Notes: generated from the letters alone by a model not told the origin. Positions 33,858 through 47,244 are shown, numbered from the whole stretch's first letter. The stretch is DNA of 62,025 nt, filler included, from Globobulimina sp. (GCA_003354225.1; 21 parts of 21 records of this genome joined end to end with filler, not necessarily neighbours in it); one strand, 5' to 3'. Translations and numbers: made by a program.

Positions 33858-34033
33858 TGTATTTGTTATGTTTGTGTGTGTTATGTTGATAATTTAAATA
33901 AGGTTATTATACATAACACAGAACAATATAATCATCCATCCGATGTAGATTTACATACAGTGCAAGGACATTGTATACAATAAGAGGTTTTGCAGATTTA
34001 GTACCAGATTTAACATTTTAACAATATTGCAAA

Positions 34034-34489
34034 ATGGCACACCAATTTGTCGAAACAGAAGGTAAAAATGAAGCAAATGATGGAGACAAAAAAACAGATA
34101 TTGATTCACAAACACTTGATTTAGCAAAAGATGAAGGTTATCCATGGTGGGATTTTACTTTCAATGCGAAAAACAAATATTTTATTCATATTCAATTTAA
34201 ATGCCCAGGTGGATATACATGGAATGCCTTTGCTGATTGGAATAAATATGGTGTCCGTAATTGTTTCATTAATTCAAAACCTGCAGAAATTATAGAATTA
34301 ATTGATAATCGTGTGAATACATCAAATATATATCAAAAAATGACTTATGATAATAACGAAATGATTAAAATTAAGCAAGGCGATAAATTATATAAATTGT
34401 TTTGTATGCCTACGGGATGGTTTTTTGATGATGGAAATGGAATTTATGCAAATATAACACGGACAAATAACGGAAAAGTTCAAACATAA
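34034..34489 (+). CDS. Hypothetical protein
   Basis: ATG-initiated 151-aa ORF with globular, aromatic-rich composition. Confidence 0.55.
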   Translation: MAHQFVETEGKNEANDGDKKTDIDSQTLDLAKDEGYPWWDFTFNAKNKYFIHIQFKCPGGYTWNAFADWNKYGVRNCFINSKPAEIIELIDNRVNTSNIYQKMTYDNNEMIKIKQGDKLYKLFCMPTGWFFDDGNGIYANITRTNNGKVQT

Positions 34490-34622
34490 CATAAAGTAAA
34501 TCATGCTTAAATATTATGTGCGTACTAATTTTACAGCTATACCCAATCACATGTGCCAATTGCAAAGAGTTTAACAGCCATACAAAATATTTACAAGTTT
34601 GACAACATATCATGAGCATGCT

Positions 34623-35332
34623 CTATTTGACATGACTTAATAAATATGTGATTAAAGCAGTCGTAAATCCAGCAAATGACGACATTGTCATTCTAACCAA
34701 TGCGGTGTCCAATTTAACTCCAGCAATTTCAATATGCCTCACTACATCATCTAAATAAGCAATAATTGCATTATCCAAATCATAATCTCCACACTGATCG
34801 CTTTTCTCCTCTTTTAGTTCCATTATAATAGGTTCTGTGATTGTTATTTGTTATATTTGTTATTTGTTATATAAGCCACACAACAATGTATATTAAGTTA
34901 ACTTTGTTTGCTTATCAAAATTCTGTGCTTCAAATACGTTTGTTGCAATCGAATGAACTCAATTTGTCTGGATTCCAATGACGAAATCTTCAAAGCAAAC
35001 ATCGATAAACGAATTAATACCATGGATGAATATAAAAAACCACCAAATATTGATACAGTGATCGTGTTATAAATATCATCATTTATATAATAATACAGTA
35101 TACACACAATGCAGGCAAATACTGTAGTAAATAATGCAAATACAATCGATTGTCTTTTTGCAAAATACATACAAGCTAAACGTTCCACTCTGCTCCAATT
35201 CTCAAACCATGTCACACCGTTATTTCCTTTCCCATCAAACAACAAAATAGTTTCTTTAATTAATGGTTCTTTTGGATGCAGAACTTCTGCTGTTTTATGA
35301 CGTCTTTCTTTCAATTGCTGCGACATTGACAC
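34623..35332 (-). CDS. Hypothetical membrane protein, at least 2 exons (5' truncated)
   Basis: Two hydrophobic ORFs separated by a short AT-rich intron-like gap. Confidence 0.5.
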
Positions 35333-35957
35333 TTCCGAGGACTCATTGTCACAAACAATATGAAAGCAATTACATAAATCAGGAACTAATTCAAGTAAAC
35401 AAGCATTAAAAGAANNNNNNNNNNNNNNNNNNNNNNNNNNNNNNNNNNNNNNNNNNNNTTAATTAATTAANNNNNNNNNNNNNNNNNNNNNNNNNNNNNN
35501 NNNNNNNNNNNNNNAACAAAAAATCAACATCGTCAATAAAAATTCAATGCAAATAATACATCATTTTTTTGGCATTGAATTTTTATTAACGTGTTGATTT
35601 TTTTTTGTTTGAAGTTCCTCAAATAGCTAATATGGAAATTATGAACATGTCAAGGATTAAAAATGTTATTATAATGTCTGTGGATATGAAAGAAAAAAAA
35701 GGTTGGATTTGGAATGAGTATGATGAGGATAATAAAGTTGAAGTTAAATTGCCTAAAAAGATAGTAATGATAATTATGATCTGCGGATCGGACGATAAAA
35801 CTGTTACTGTTACAAAAGTAGTAAAATGATTTCATTTTATATAAGAGCATGACGACCTTTGTCCATAAGTGTTCTATTTTTGTGTCCTGGCAGGCTGGCA
35901 CTCAGTGCATAATTTAATTTACTCTTTGAGGTTTTCATATTATAATCTCTGAAAACA

Positions 35958-37858
35958 ATGGCTTTTTATGATTGCAGTGCAGAGCACAAAATATTATCCC
36001 CATTGCAACAAGCATTGCTTTTACCACCCGATGCAATATTACGCCATCAAGACTTATTAACATCAATCTCCAAAACCGCAAATTTCTCAGATGAAAAATC
36101 AGAATATATATTAGACATTTTATTAAAAAATATGCGCGAATCACTATCCTATAATACGCCATCCACCTCCACCACTTCCTTAATCATATTAGATTTTTGT
36201 ATCCGAAATGGCACAATATTTGCTCAATATGTGTTTGGCCGCTATGTATTACAAAAATTGTACTCGCTCTGTTGTCGCGATTTAACGAAAGTTACTTCGA
36301 ATCATAAGCAACATCAAGAATTTCAATATAAATTAATTGGTTCCATACTTACATGGCATCAAATGTTCAATAACGTATCTGGCGCCACCTTAAATTATAC
36401 CTTTTCCAGATTAAAAAATTCTGGCATTTTAGCATTATATCAGTCATACAAACAAACGCAACAATTATTTGATAATAATTCACCCGCAAATTCGCAACAA
36501 AATATGGTGCCTAATTTACCAGCTTCGCCACTACCAAAAACAAACCAAATCGATGAAAAAGATATTCATCAACAGTTAAATCATGAAAATGTTTTTTTTT
36601 TCAGTTTGCATGCACATAATACACTGAATACTGAATACACAGAGTTCCTTCATTTGAATCCCGTGACCGTGCCACCACCGATCCGACCTCAAAGGCACAA
36701 CAACCAAATGAGCCCCGTCCCCGCTCTCAATCTGCAGAAAAAGGCAGAAATAATGCAGGCAAACCCGACAACGCAGAGAAAAATGGCCTGAATGTCGCTG
36801 CCTTATTACACAGAGACGGCAGAATAAAATTAGAATATACCGAAAAGTTTCAAAACGAAGTGAATGAATTAATTGTGAGATATTTGAAGCCGACTCGCGA
36901 GATATTATCCTCTCAGAAAATAAATTTAGCCGATAAAAAATTGCAAAAATATTTAGAAATATTACAAGTGATTCAACAGAGATTAGTCAAAGTAATCTCG
37001 GAGGTAAAAACTGAAGAATCCGTGGTGTCGTTGGCCATAAAAGCCAATGATTGCATCGTTACTTCCATTTTGTGGTTTAATGCATTGGTTAAAAAATCAA
37101 AGCAATCTAAGAATAAAAACGAAGCGGTCAAAGCGGATAAAACCTCCTCAGTCTCTAAAAATGTCATGGAAAATATCGATTTAGTTGGCTTAGAACAGCA
37201 ATTATTATTAGATAATGCTAATTTGTTCAAAAGGTTTGTGTTTACTTTGTATACCTTAAAACTGACATATTTTAATTATATTTTCAGGAAACAATTGAGA
37301 GATTTGAAGGAACAAAAACAAAAACAAGAGGAAGAGAAGGAAGTGCAAGAAAAACAAGCTACGCAATCATCAGAACCTGTGATAGTTGAAAATAATGCGG
37401 ATTTAAATGCAAATATATCACAACAAGTCCAAGAAGCTGTGGATTTAATATCTGATATTCCAGTGGCAAATGTTGCCATTGATAAAGAGGAAAAAAGTCC
37501 AATTGCTCCGGTAATAATCTCTGAACAAAATGTTGAAATTGAAGTGGTTACGGAATCGGATAAAGTAACTGATGCAAGCAAGAGTTTTTCGAGTGTTGTA
37601 TTGAAGAATAATAATGATAAAGAATCGGGGAATGTGGTGGATTTATTGAATTTGAATGTGGGTGGAAATGATATTGTGAATAAGTCGGATGAGCAGAAAG
37701 AAGCAGCAATGGACTGTGTGGATAGTGACAATGATGATGTTGAGGATGGGCAAGACATAGTTCCTGCAATTCCGAAGGAAGCAGTGCAACAAGTACAGAA
37801 TGTTACGGATGATGTTGCGCAAAACGTGGAGATTAATGTGATTGCGGATAGATTATAA
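35958..37858 (+). CDS. VHS + GAT-like (TOM1/GGA-like) trafficking adaptor, with short introns
   Basis: SLIILDFCIRNG..F (VHS-like); ESVVSLAIKANDCI (GAT-like). An intron at about 36575-36642 links the frames. Confidence 0.65.
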
Positions 37859-38472
37859 TTTTAAAATGCGATGGAATTGTTTTTTGCTTTTTTTTTGTTT
37901 TTGTTATATTTTATAATGTGAGATTGTGTTATATCTTCGGTTATTGATAATAATACGCGTACGATATTTAGATTAATTCAAATATTACTATATAATTATT
38001 TTAACAGAATGAGTTTTAAAAACATATGTTTTCAAGAAATGGCATCTTAAAGTTTTCTTCTAAATACGCTTTCTTATTACTAACTTCTTAGTTGGCAACT
38101 TATCATTTCGCAACACAGAATAACTAAACCAAAGGTATGCGTATACTCACAAAAATACGTCCCATATATACCATGCAAAATTACTCGTTAATAAGACGAA
38201 ATATATAGCAGTAGTTATTTAATCATGAGGCCGACCAATCAAACTGCAGGTGTTCAAATGATAGTAATCCCAATGGAAACTCAAATGCAACAAAACACCA
38301 CCACCACCACTAACAAACAAATGGATGGTTATCAATTCTGTTCGTTTTCAGGAATATGTTCCTGCGCAGGAANNNNNNNNNNNNNNNNNNNNNNNNNNNN
38401 NNNNNNNNNNNNNNNNTTAATTAATTAANNNNNNNNNNNNNNNNNNNNNNNNNNNNNNNNNNNNNNNNNNNN

Positions 38473-39417
38473 ACCACAGATTTACCATTTTCAGACTTAT
38501 TAAACATTATTATCAAAACCTCACAAATTGCCAAACAAAGTGGATATTTAATATCATTTGAGTCTGAACAAACTTTGCTTGAACACAATGGTATACAATT
38601 TATGGTAATATTGGCAAAAAATCTCGCAAAAAAACCAAAACCTAAACTGGCTGAACAACAAACCAACGCTGTAAAATCATTCAAAGATCCATTTATGCCG
38701 CCATTTGATATCGGCGCTCATGTCGTTGATTTAAATGATGAATATAGAATTTTATTAAATAAATTCAATGTGGTTCCCAATCACATATTAATTATAACCT
38801 CTTCATTTGTGCTGCAAACCTCTCCTTTAATCGCAAAGGATTTTGAGATTGCCTTCAAAGTACTTTTATCAATGAATGGTTTATGTTATTTTAATTCTGG
38901 TCCATTTTCTGGCGCATCTCAGCCACATAAACATATTCAAATAATACCAAGAAATCAGAAGGTTCCAATGGAGCAATTTATAAAAAATATTAACACCAAT
39001 CATCGGAATTATAATGAGCAAAAACGAAATGAAAATACGTTTTATGTACTAAAAGAATATTCATTCATTCATAGGGTATATTTAATACACGATCAGAAAG
39101 ACAGTGATTTATATGATGTATATTCTGCAATGATCAATGAGATCAGAAATGATATGGAGAAAGGTGGTAATATGGAATATTTGAGCGAGGATAAGTTTTC
39201 TTATAATATGATATTGACAGCGGATTATATGTTTATTGTTGGGAGAAGGAATGATGTTTATTGCAATGATAAAGTGTTTGGCAATGATATGAATATCAGT
39301 GTCAATGCAATTACATTTGCTGGTACTTTTTTTTGTAAATCTGAGCGGAGTTTAGCTATGTTGAAGCAAGTGGGACCTTTAGCTGTTTTAGATTTTGTGA
39401 CATTTCAACAGAAATAA
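38473..39417 (+). CDS. ATP adenylyltransferase / Ap4A phosphorylase (Apa1/Apa2 family; 5' truncated)
   Basis: DPFMPP, LLNKFNVVPNH, NSGPFSGASQPHKHIQ, VNAITFAG. Confidence 0.93.
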   Translation, partial: TTDLPFSDLLNIIIKTSQIAKQSGYLISFESEQTLLEHNGIQFMVILAKNLAKKPKPKLAEQQTNAVKSFKDPFMPPFDIGAHVVDLNDEYRILLNKFNVVPNHILIITSSFVLQTSPLIAKDFEIAFKVLLSMNGLCYFNSGPFSGASQPHKHIQIIPRNQKVPMEQFIKNINTNHRNYNEQKRNENTFYVLKEYSFIHRVYLIHDQKDSDLYDVYSAMINEIRNDMEKGGNMEYLSEDKFSYNMILTADYMFIVGRRNDVYCNDKVFGNDMNISVNAITFAGTFFCKSERSLAMLKQVGPLAVLDFVTFQQK

Positions 39418-39498
39418 CTGTATCCCGAGCGAGAATTTAGATGATTTAAATAAAAAACTTGCACTGCAAACTTCTTAGAGTCAGTCATTTTGTGTATC

Positions 39499-41156
39499 AT
39501 GTCTTGGTTAGAGCCTCTCATCGCAAGTATTCCGTACTGGTTGGCAGCAGTAAGAAATACATCACTATTTTCCTCTGTTCCTAACGACAACAATAACGAA
39601 CAAAACACGCCTCAAACCGATACGATTCAGACCAAAGATGCGTTACCAAACACTCATTTAAGTCATGGTACAAACAATATGACAGCAATTACAATGTACC
39701 AACGGGCCATCACATTACAACAAACAAATTCTGACAATATGAACAAACAAATATTTGAAGTGGAACCTATAATCCCTGCTTCCAACACTTCTTCAGATTT
39801 CGAGGTTATATATTAAAATAACTGGCCAATCCGTGCATATTTCCCTTTATTTTGTCTTAGATTTGGTATACACAAATTTGCACGGATTGGAAGGTTTATT
39901 TTTGAAAAAAAAGACAAATACATATACAGTGTGACAGTGACAGTGAGATCTCTTCATTTTCGTATTCATTCAACAACAATAACAACGGCGGCGTGCTAAG
40001 CGAAGAAGAATATGTTGATTTGCATTATCGACTAAGTTTTGATGAACTAAGCAGTGAATTATACGAAAGTGACACTGATGAATTACCAGAATGGTTACAT
40101 ATGAATATAAATGAAAACGAGAATGAAATGATAGTAAATAACCAAAATACGAAGTTAAATGACAGAGATTGGCGCTTATTAATGCAAACCATCAAAGCTC
40201 ATAAATTGAAAACGATTTCTTTAACATTAAACAATATTGTTTTAGATGAAGTTGCTAGTCATTATCTACATAAATTATCTGTTTTCAACCATGTAAAATT
40301 AACCAAATTGACCATTGAAAACGCGTTTTTTTTCACTTTAAATAGTGAGGAAAAGCAAGAAGATTTTTATATGTTTACCCAAAATGAAGGCATTTCATCA
40401 GATATCGAGGCAGACGACGAGAATGATTTATTTTTGATTCCTAAAAAAAGATATTTCGATGTGAGCCTGTTTTGTAAATCCATGTTGAAAAATCGTGATT
40501 TGCATTCTCTTGAGCTCACCAATAGTAATTTGGGCGATATTTTGTCGTTTAATCCGCAGATAAAAGAAGAATTTATGCAGTTTTTATCGAGTCATACAGG
40601 TTTGAAACGGGTCAATTTATCGCGGAATGGCATCAGTGATGGCACGCTATTTTCGCATTCATTGTTTCATAGGAAAGTACCATTGCAATCTTTGGATTTA
40701 TCCTATAATCCAATCACGAGAAATGAGGTAAAATCAATACAATGGGCGGCCGCAAAACAGTATATTTCGCCGTTGGAGTTTGATTTAAATGCGTTTCAAA
40801 CTGTATTTAAATACAAAAAGAAATTGAAATTTCAAATGGAACCGGTTTGCGATTTGGAAGATGATATTGCGGAGATGGAGGAACATCAATTTATAAGTTC
40901 ACTGTTTCCAATTAACATTAATTCGAATATGAAAAACAAGACTCATTGCGATTGGGTGGTGGACGAGAAATACAATGACAGTGACTTGAATGTGATTGAA
41001 TTAGGAATGCAAACGAAACGAAAGAAATGTAAGAAAAAACAGAAAATGTGTGAGGAGTTTATATATATACCACTTGAACGAAATAAGTTACAGCCCGGGC
41101 AATATAATAAAAACGATCATGCTCAAATGTCTGGAAAACTCATGTTACGGATATAG
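39499..41156 (+). CDS. RNI-like leucine-rich repeat protein, 2 exons (intron 39805-39929)
   Basis: A phase-0 GT-AG splice joins ORF 39499 to ORF 39993; LELTNSNLGD, VNLSRNGISD, LDLSYNPIT. Confidence 0.7.
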
Positions 41157-41430
41157 GGTGGAATTGGAATAAAAATATGACATAAAAACTTCCTTTTTTT
41201 TCCAAGTAGTTCCAACCAATATAGGATATAGTAACTTTATATAATTTTATTTTACAATTATTTTTTTTTAATCTCTTATCTCTTTCTGTCATTTTTTTCA
41301 GGTGCAATGTGAATGTGTGAGTTATGCATANNNNNNNNNNNNNNNNNNNNNNNNNNNNNNNNNNNNNNNNNNNNTTAATTAATTAANNNNNNNNNNNNNN
41401 NNNNNNNNNNNNNNNNNNNNNNNNNNNNNN

Positions 41431-42369
41431 GATCCAGCAATCTTTCTCATTGTCCTTCTTGTTCTGATGCGAAATGGCACTGCACGCTCGCCGCACCATT
41501 ATGTTTTCGCGCGCATTCTCGATGGTGGCCAAATCTGTGCTGAACAGCTCTTGACAGCGTTTGTTGGCTTGCGCCCAATTCAAGGAACGCATCACAGCCA
41601 CATAGTGCCCGACGACGTGGATACGGGCCCGCTCACAGAGAGCGATGCGCGACAACGAGCATTTGATATCATTCCATTGCCCGGAAGTATGCAGTTCGGC
41701 GCAGCCTTCATTGCCGCCGTAATTGTTCGGTTCGCCTGGCTTCCAATGCAAGTAAGTTGGACGCCGGCCGTCTTCCCAATGGCCCCACGGCTTTTTGTAG
41801 CCAATCCAACAGTTTCCTTGGTTCCATTTAGCGCACAGATCCTTGGCCTGCTCTTCTTCCTTTTTGCTCATAATAGAGGCCAAGCCGCCGTATAAATGGC
41901 GACAAGTCATCTGCGCGTCTTTGAAGCGGCGGGTTATGCCGTCCGCCACATAGCGGCCTTTGTGTTTGGCCACGTTCCACCGACCCAAACGACGGTGCGT
42001 GTTGGTGATGTTAGTGTGGTTGGATGGGTTTGGAGTGGCTGTTGGAGGGAATATGGTGCTCCACTCAGAGGCTGTATCGTAGTGTAATGACAAGGCAGGA
42101 ATGGCTGTGGTTGTATGGGTGTATATGTATGTGAATGGAGTGTTGTTTAAATGTGGCGTTATGGTTATAGTGTTTGTGGAGGGATTGAGGTTTATAGTAT
42201 TTACATCATCGTAAGGGTTGATTTCAAATTCGTAACGATAGGAAGTGAAATAATGGGTGCTGCTTATGTTTGGTGTTGGGAGTGATAATAATTTTGAGTT
42301 AATGTGACTTGTTGTTGATAGTGTATAGAATAAGGAGGTTATATATATAAATAGATTCATGTTTTTCAT
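41431..42369 (-). CDS. Secreted protein with tandem C-type lectin domains (3' truncated)
   Basis: Signal peptide; CWIG, WKPGEPNN..EGCAEL..WNDIKC; a second CTLD begins. Confidence 0.92.
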
Positions 42370-43014
42370 GTCAGGTGCATGAAATATATATTTATAATCT
42401 GTTGTTGTTGTTGGTGTTTAGGACACCGTTTGTTAACTACTTGTTGGTTTGTGCAAGGATGCAAAGCGCATAAACACTTCACTTCACTCTAACATCTGCT
42501 ATCAATATTAATGATGTCGACGTGTATGCTTGTAGAGCACTGAAATTGATTGTAGAGGCAAAGAAAGCACATGATCGATACGCAACAAGTTGAATCTGAC
42601 GAAAATCATCTATATATATCACAGAATTAGAAGCAAACAACTATTCAATCAAGCATCTCGTTGAAAACATTGAATGAACATCGATATCAAATACAGACAC
42701 CATTGAATTTGTGATGAATAAAAAACAAAGAGATCGAAAACAGAGAAATGGATCTTAAAACATTTACTTTTGATGGACCAATTAGATTCAATTAATGCGT
42801 TCCCTTTTCATACAATAATTATAGAAATATATGAGATATGGATGAAACTGTTATTTTATCATACTTTTACATAAAAATAATATTTAAACTACATGGACGT
42901 TGGTTTAGATTTGCACCAGAAATGTAATTCTAATTCTGACAATTTTAAAGATTTATGTACATTCCAATTCATAATTATAAACTGATCCTTAAATAGCAAT
43001 ACATGTACTTCTCC

Positions 43015-43216
43015 ATTGAAAGAAATGCATTAAAGTCAGAGGTTTGAGAGGTTGAGAGGTTCGGAAGTTTAGGCGTTGAGAAGTTGAGAGGTTCAGAAGT
43101 TGAATTATTAATGAAACAGGAATCCAATTCTACGATACTTTTATCCAACCTCTCAATGCATAAACTTCTGAACCTCTCAACTTCTCAACCTCTGACTTAA
43201 ATGCATTCCTTCCAAT
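43015..43216. mobile_element. MITE-like fold-back with ~70-bp imperfect TIRs containing GAGA(G/A)GTT subrepeats
   Basis: aatgcattaaagtcagagg... / ...cctctgacttaaatgcatt. Confidence 0.65.
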
Positions 43217-43666
43217 TATCTGTCAGATATTTTTTATAAGATTTCAATAACGCAAACGTTAAATATTCGTTTTGTTTGTGGTACTGTGCTTTATTCCATT
43301 CTGGTTTATACACAAAATGCGGTCAAATTTAGTTCCAAATCCATCATTCTATTCACGTTTCTGAAGTAAATTCCGTGCATCAATTGCTAACGTAACCTTC
43401 CCACCAAACGCTAGACATTGTTTATAATTTTGTACATACGAATCAAACATATTTTCTCCAATTCTGCCTCTGATTTCCGTGAATGCATGTCGTAGAACCA
43501 TTGTCATTCACCATTGTCATTTAAAGAAGGATAATCCTCGATTCTATCTCCTTCTTCAAGATTATTTAAAGCAGTTGTGCAAATAATTATAATTATGAAA
43601 TATGAATAATGCAACATAAAGTTTTTCCTTCAAACCATTGACAATAGAGGCGAAGCCAAATTAAAT

Positions 43667-44287
43667 ATGTTGGACTTTCCTACTGTAATGGCATTAGAAC
43701 CATTAAGTGCATTATGGCCCTCGTTCGTCGTAGCATTCATTCTAACTCTGTACAGGAAATCTATCGACAAGTTATTCACCTCAACCGCTGCCTATTACGC
43801 CCAAAACCAAATCAACCACATCAAACCACAGTGGATTTCCACACTACTACACCAAACAGACACTTTGAAACCAACCAATGCCAACGGCTTAACTCACCGA
43901 CAAAATGCAAAATGTCCACCCGTTGCAACATCAAACGATTTGCCACCATTTGACACCCTGTGCAAAAACAAACGATTCTCGGAGATCTGCCACATTTTCA
44001 CCTCCCGCAATATCACATTATCCAAACCACAGCGTCGCGCTCTCAAATCCTATCATAAAGCGTTAAGTGCCATTATTGACAATGATATAGCTCCAAATTA
44101 AAATCACTGCTTCTAACATAATGCAAAAACAGTTGCAATGAAATTGAGGTTAAAATTGAGAAATTTTTGGAGTCGTTGTTCAAAGTGTCGGTGGTGACAT
44201 CGATAGCGATTTATGGCGTTTGTGTGGTGAATGTCAGACATGATTTCTTTTTAAATCATCGCAAGCAATGGCCGCCGTACCCCGCCA
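43667..44287 (+). CDS. Ceramide synthase (LAG1/LAC1-like) N-terminus (intron 44062-44132; 3' truncated)
   Basis: Spliced product reads ...KIEKFLESLFK...YG...FF...QWPPYP, resembling the Lag1 'KF.ES.W/F' and 'W..YP' motifs. Confidence 0.65.
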
Positions 44288-44689
44288 NNNNNNNNNNNNN
44301 NNNNNNNNNNNNNNNNNNNNNNNNNNNNNNNTTAATTAATTAANNNNNNNNNNNNNNNNNNNNNNNNNNNNNNNNNNNNNNNNNNNNTGCTTCGTTATAT
44401 GTTACTCTCACGCAGCATCTTGAATAGTCTGGGTTACCCTATGGATAATCTACGTACGTACTGACAAGAATTTTATGTTAATTATTTTTACATGCTTACT
44501 AATAACGGAGTTGTCGCTGGCATCATTTATATCCATACTATTTTGCAACTCCATTAATATTACCATGTTTATAATGAACATAAAATTCTACATCAAAAGA
44601 GTAAAACGTTGAAATTAACAAATGGTTAGCAATGTTTGAAAAGAGATTTTGATGATGACTAGTTTAGCGCAAATGTTTTGGTTAGAAAC

Positions 44690-45628
44690 ATGATGTCTTT
44701 TCTACAGCCCTTTGAATGCATTTGTGGCAATTTATTGACAAAAGTTAAAGCAAAAGACGCATATTCCGACCATTGCAAGATTTTTTGTGATATTTGTGAT
44801 AAACAATGCCCAAAAAATGGAATTGTGTATCATTGTTCTAAAGAAACAGAAGCATTTGAACACACGGAAGGATATGATATTTGTAAAATATGTGCTGTGT
44901 TAAATGTTGAACCTATATTAAATGTTAAAGTAAAAGAAAAATGTGCTTGTTTAATTAATGGATATGCATCAAAGTTGTATCAACCATTTAGACAAATGAA
45001 TTTTTCATCAATTTTACAAATTGTATCAATATACTTAGGAGTTATATTTGTTTATTGTAATATTTGTCATCAAGGATATCGGCAATGCATTAAACAAAAT
45101 GGTGGGATGTTTCAGCGAAACAAGGATCAGTTTATGTTTGTTGCAAGAACTCTTCATCGAAGGCCGCCAATAAAACAATATGCATCGAAGATTTTTATTG
45201 TTTCATCAGATGTCGGATTTAACAATGGACAAATTGCAAATTGGTGTATTATAGTTTTAAAATATGATTTTGATAGAATGTATAAATATTATTCACACAA
45301 AAATATTAAAGACGGAATTGGTATCATAAACTTTGACAATTATGACATTAATCAGCTGGTAACAAAATATCAAAGTGAAGAAGCGGTGGACCATTTAATT
45401 CAACAAAAGCGATTATATGTGATTGGATATAATAAACATGATTTTAGATTTGATACAAATGATGTTATAGATGTTACGTTAGATTGTGTGGATTGGAAGG
45501 TAACATTTAAAGTTTCAAACAGTTCTGGATTCCAAATTGAAACAATAAACATTAAAAAAAACCAAATGTATTTTCCATGTATAATATCAGCAATGGATGA
45601 TACTCAGTATCAAATTAAGCCCTATTGA
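44690..45628 (+). CDS. Zn-finger + F-box-like motif + SPRY-like protein
   Basis: CICG..CDIC..YHC..H.EGYDICKIC; LINGY; GFNNG..W..GIGII..DVIDVTLDC..VTF..YFPCI. Confidence 0.75.
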   Translation: MMSFLQPFECICGNLLTKVKAKDAYSDHCKIFCDICDKQCPKNGIVYHCSKETEAFEHTEGYDICKICAVLNVEPILNVKVKEKCACLINGYASKLYQPFRQMNFSSILQIVSIYLGVIFVYCNICHQGYRQCIKQNGGMFQRNKDQFMFVARTLHRRPPIKQYASKIFIVSSDVGFNNGQIANWCIIVLKYDFDRMYKYYSHKNIKDGIGIINFDNYDINQLVTKYQSEEAVDHLIQQKRLYVIGYNKHDFRFDTNDVIDVTLDCVDWKVTFKVSNSSGFQIETINIKKNQMYFPCIISAMDDTQYQIKPY

Positions 45629-45721
45629 ATGATAATTACTTCCCAAGCTATAACGCGACTATAATTACTTTTTGTGGTATACTAAATAGTTGAATAGTTT
45701 GCAAATATTTGAGCTAGAAAA

Positions 45722-47244
45722 ATGACATCTGTTGAATTGCCGAACACACACAATTCGAACGATGTAAATATACCACTAATAAGTGAACGAGAACGTAAAC
45801 CACTGTTATCACATTACAAAAATTGGATATTGCTCTTTATTTTTTTTGTAGCAGCCATAATAACAACAATATTTATCACAAAAGCAGTGGTTGAGAACTC
45901 ATCAGAAGAAGCAACAGCTGATCCAAAGGACAAAACACCTAAAAATTTAATTGTTGTAATATCTGATGGAATGGGACAAGGCTACAATACCGCCTATAGA
46001 TTATATAAACAATTGGATGAAACAATTATTGATAAGCATTTTAAAGGGCGTTACTCTACGACACCAACTAACAAATTTGGTATCACAGATTCCGCGGCTG
46101 GCGCTGTGTGTTTTGCATCAGGTTTCTATCTTCATTTGATTCGTTTTCAATAATCTAAGTACATATTTTTTTATTGGTGATATAGCTGTACAAACACATA
46201 ACTCGTTCATTGGTTTAGATGGTTATGGTAACCCACAAGGCTCCATATTAGCTGCTGCTAAACGTCAAGGAAAAGGCACTGGCATTGTCGCAACTAAATC
46301 TGTTACCGATGCAACTCCCGCTGGTATGCTATATGCATTGTATATATGTTGACATACAAAAAATATATATGTTGACAATAATTGCACAGCGTTTTCAGCA
46401 CATTCGATGTATAGAAGTTGGAGTGAAATGATCTCAAAACAACAAGCTATGCGGCAAATTAATGGGGCGCCAATGTTGGATGTATTGCTTGGTGGTGGCA
46501 GAAGGTAAAATATTCCCTAACGTCTATGACAAGTACTTCCCAACCAAATATATACAGATATTTCGAAAGATGGGGCTTTTTCCAAAATGAAAGTATGCAT
46601 GAAAAGTATGGCTGGAACACTGTAACTGAAAATGGTACAAAATTTCTACAAGAATTGGAGCAAATTAACATATCAGAAGTGCCATTTATGGGCTTATTTT
46701 CCGATGGATCATATCCATATTATTTAGATCGTATTCATGGTGATGTCCAGTACAACGACACAATTGATGGTATCTCACAATATCCCGGTTTGCTTGCTAT
46801 GAGTGAAAAAGCAATCAATTTATTGAATGCAAAGTATGACAAAGAAGGATTTTTGTTATTAGTGGAAGCATCAGAGGTTGATTATTGCGGTCATGATAAT
46901 GATATCGTGTGTCTTTTATGGGAAATGGATGAATTTATGCAAACTACAGAATACATTTTAAATTGGGCGGAACAGGATGGCGACACATTGGTGGTCATGT
47001 TGGCTGATCATGAAACCGGTGGATTGACTGTTGGGAGGGATATATCCATGAAAAGTTCTGAGAAAGTTCGTTATTGGGATGGTACGGCACCGCGTGACCT
47101 AAATGTTTCCGCAGCGTGGGCGTCGTTTGATTATGCGTATGGAATTGCAGCACCATCGGATGTATCCTCGACTGTGGAACATTATGGTGTATACAAATGG
47201 ATGCCGAGTGCTGTTGAGAATTGCAGTCATACGGCCGATTGGTT
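45722..47244 (+). CDS. Alkaline phosphatase with N-terminal membrane anchor, multi-exon (3' truncated)
   Basis: VISDGMG, TDSAAGA (catalytic Ser), DATPA, GGG, VEASEVDYCGHDND, ADHETGG. Confidence 0.95.
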
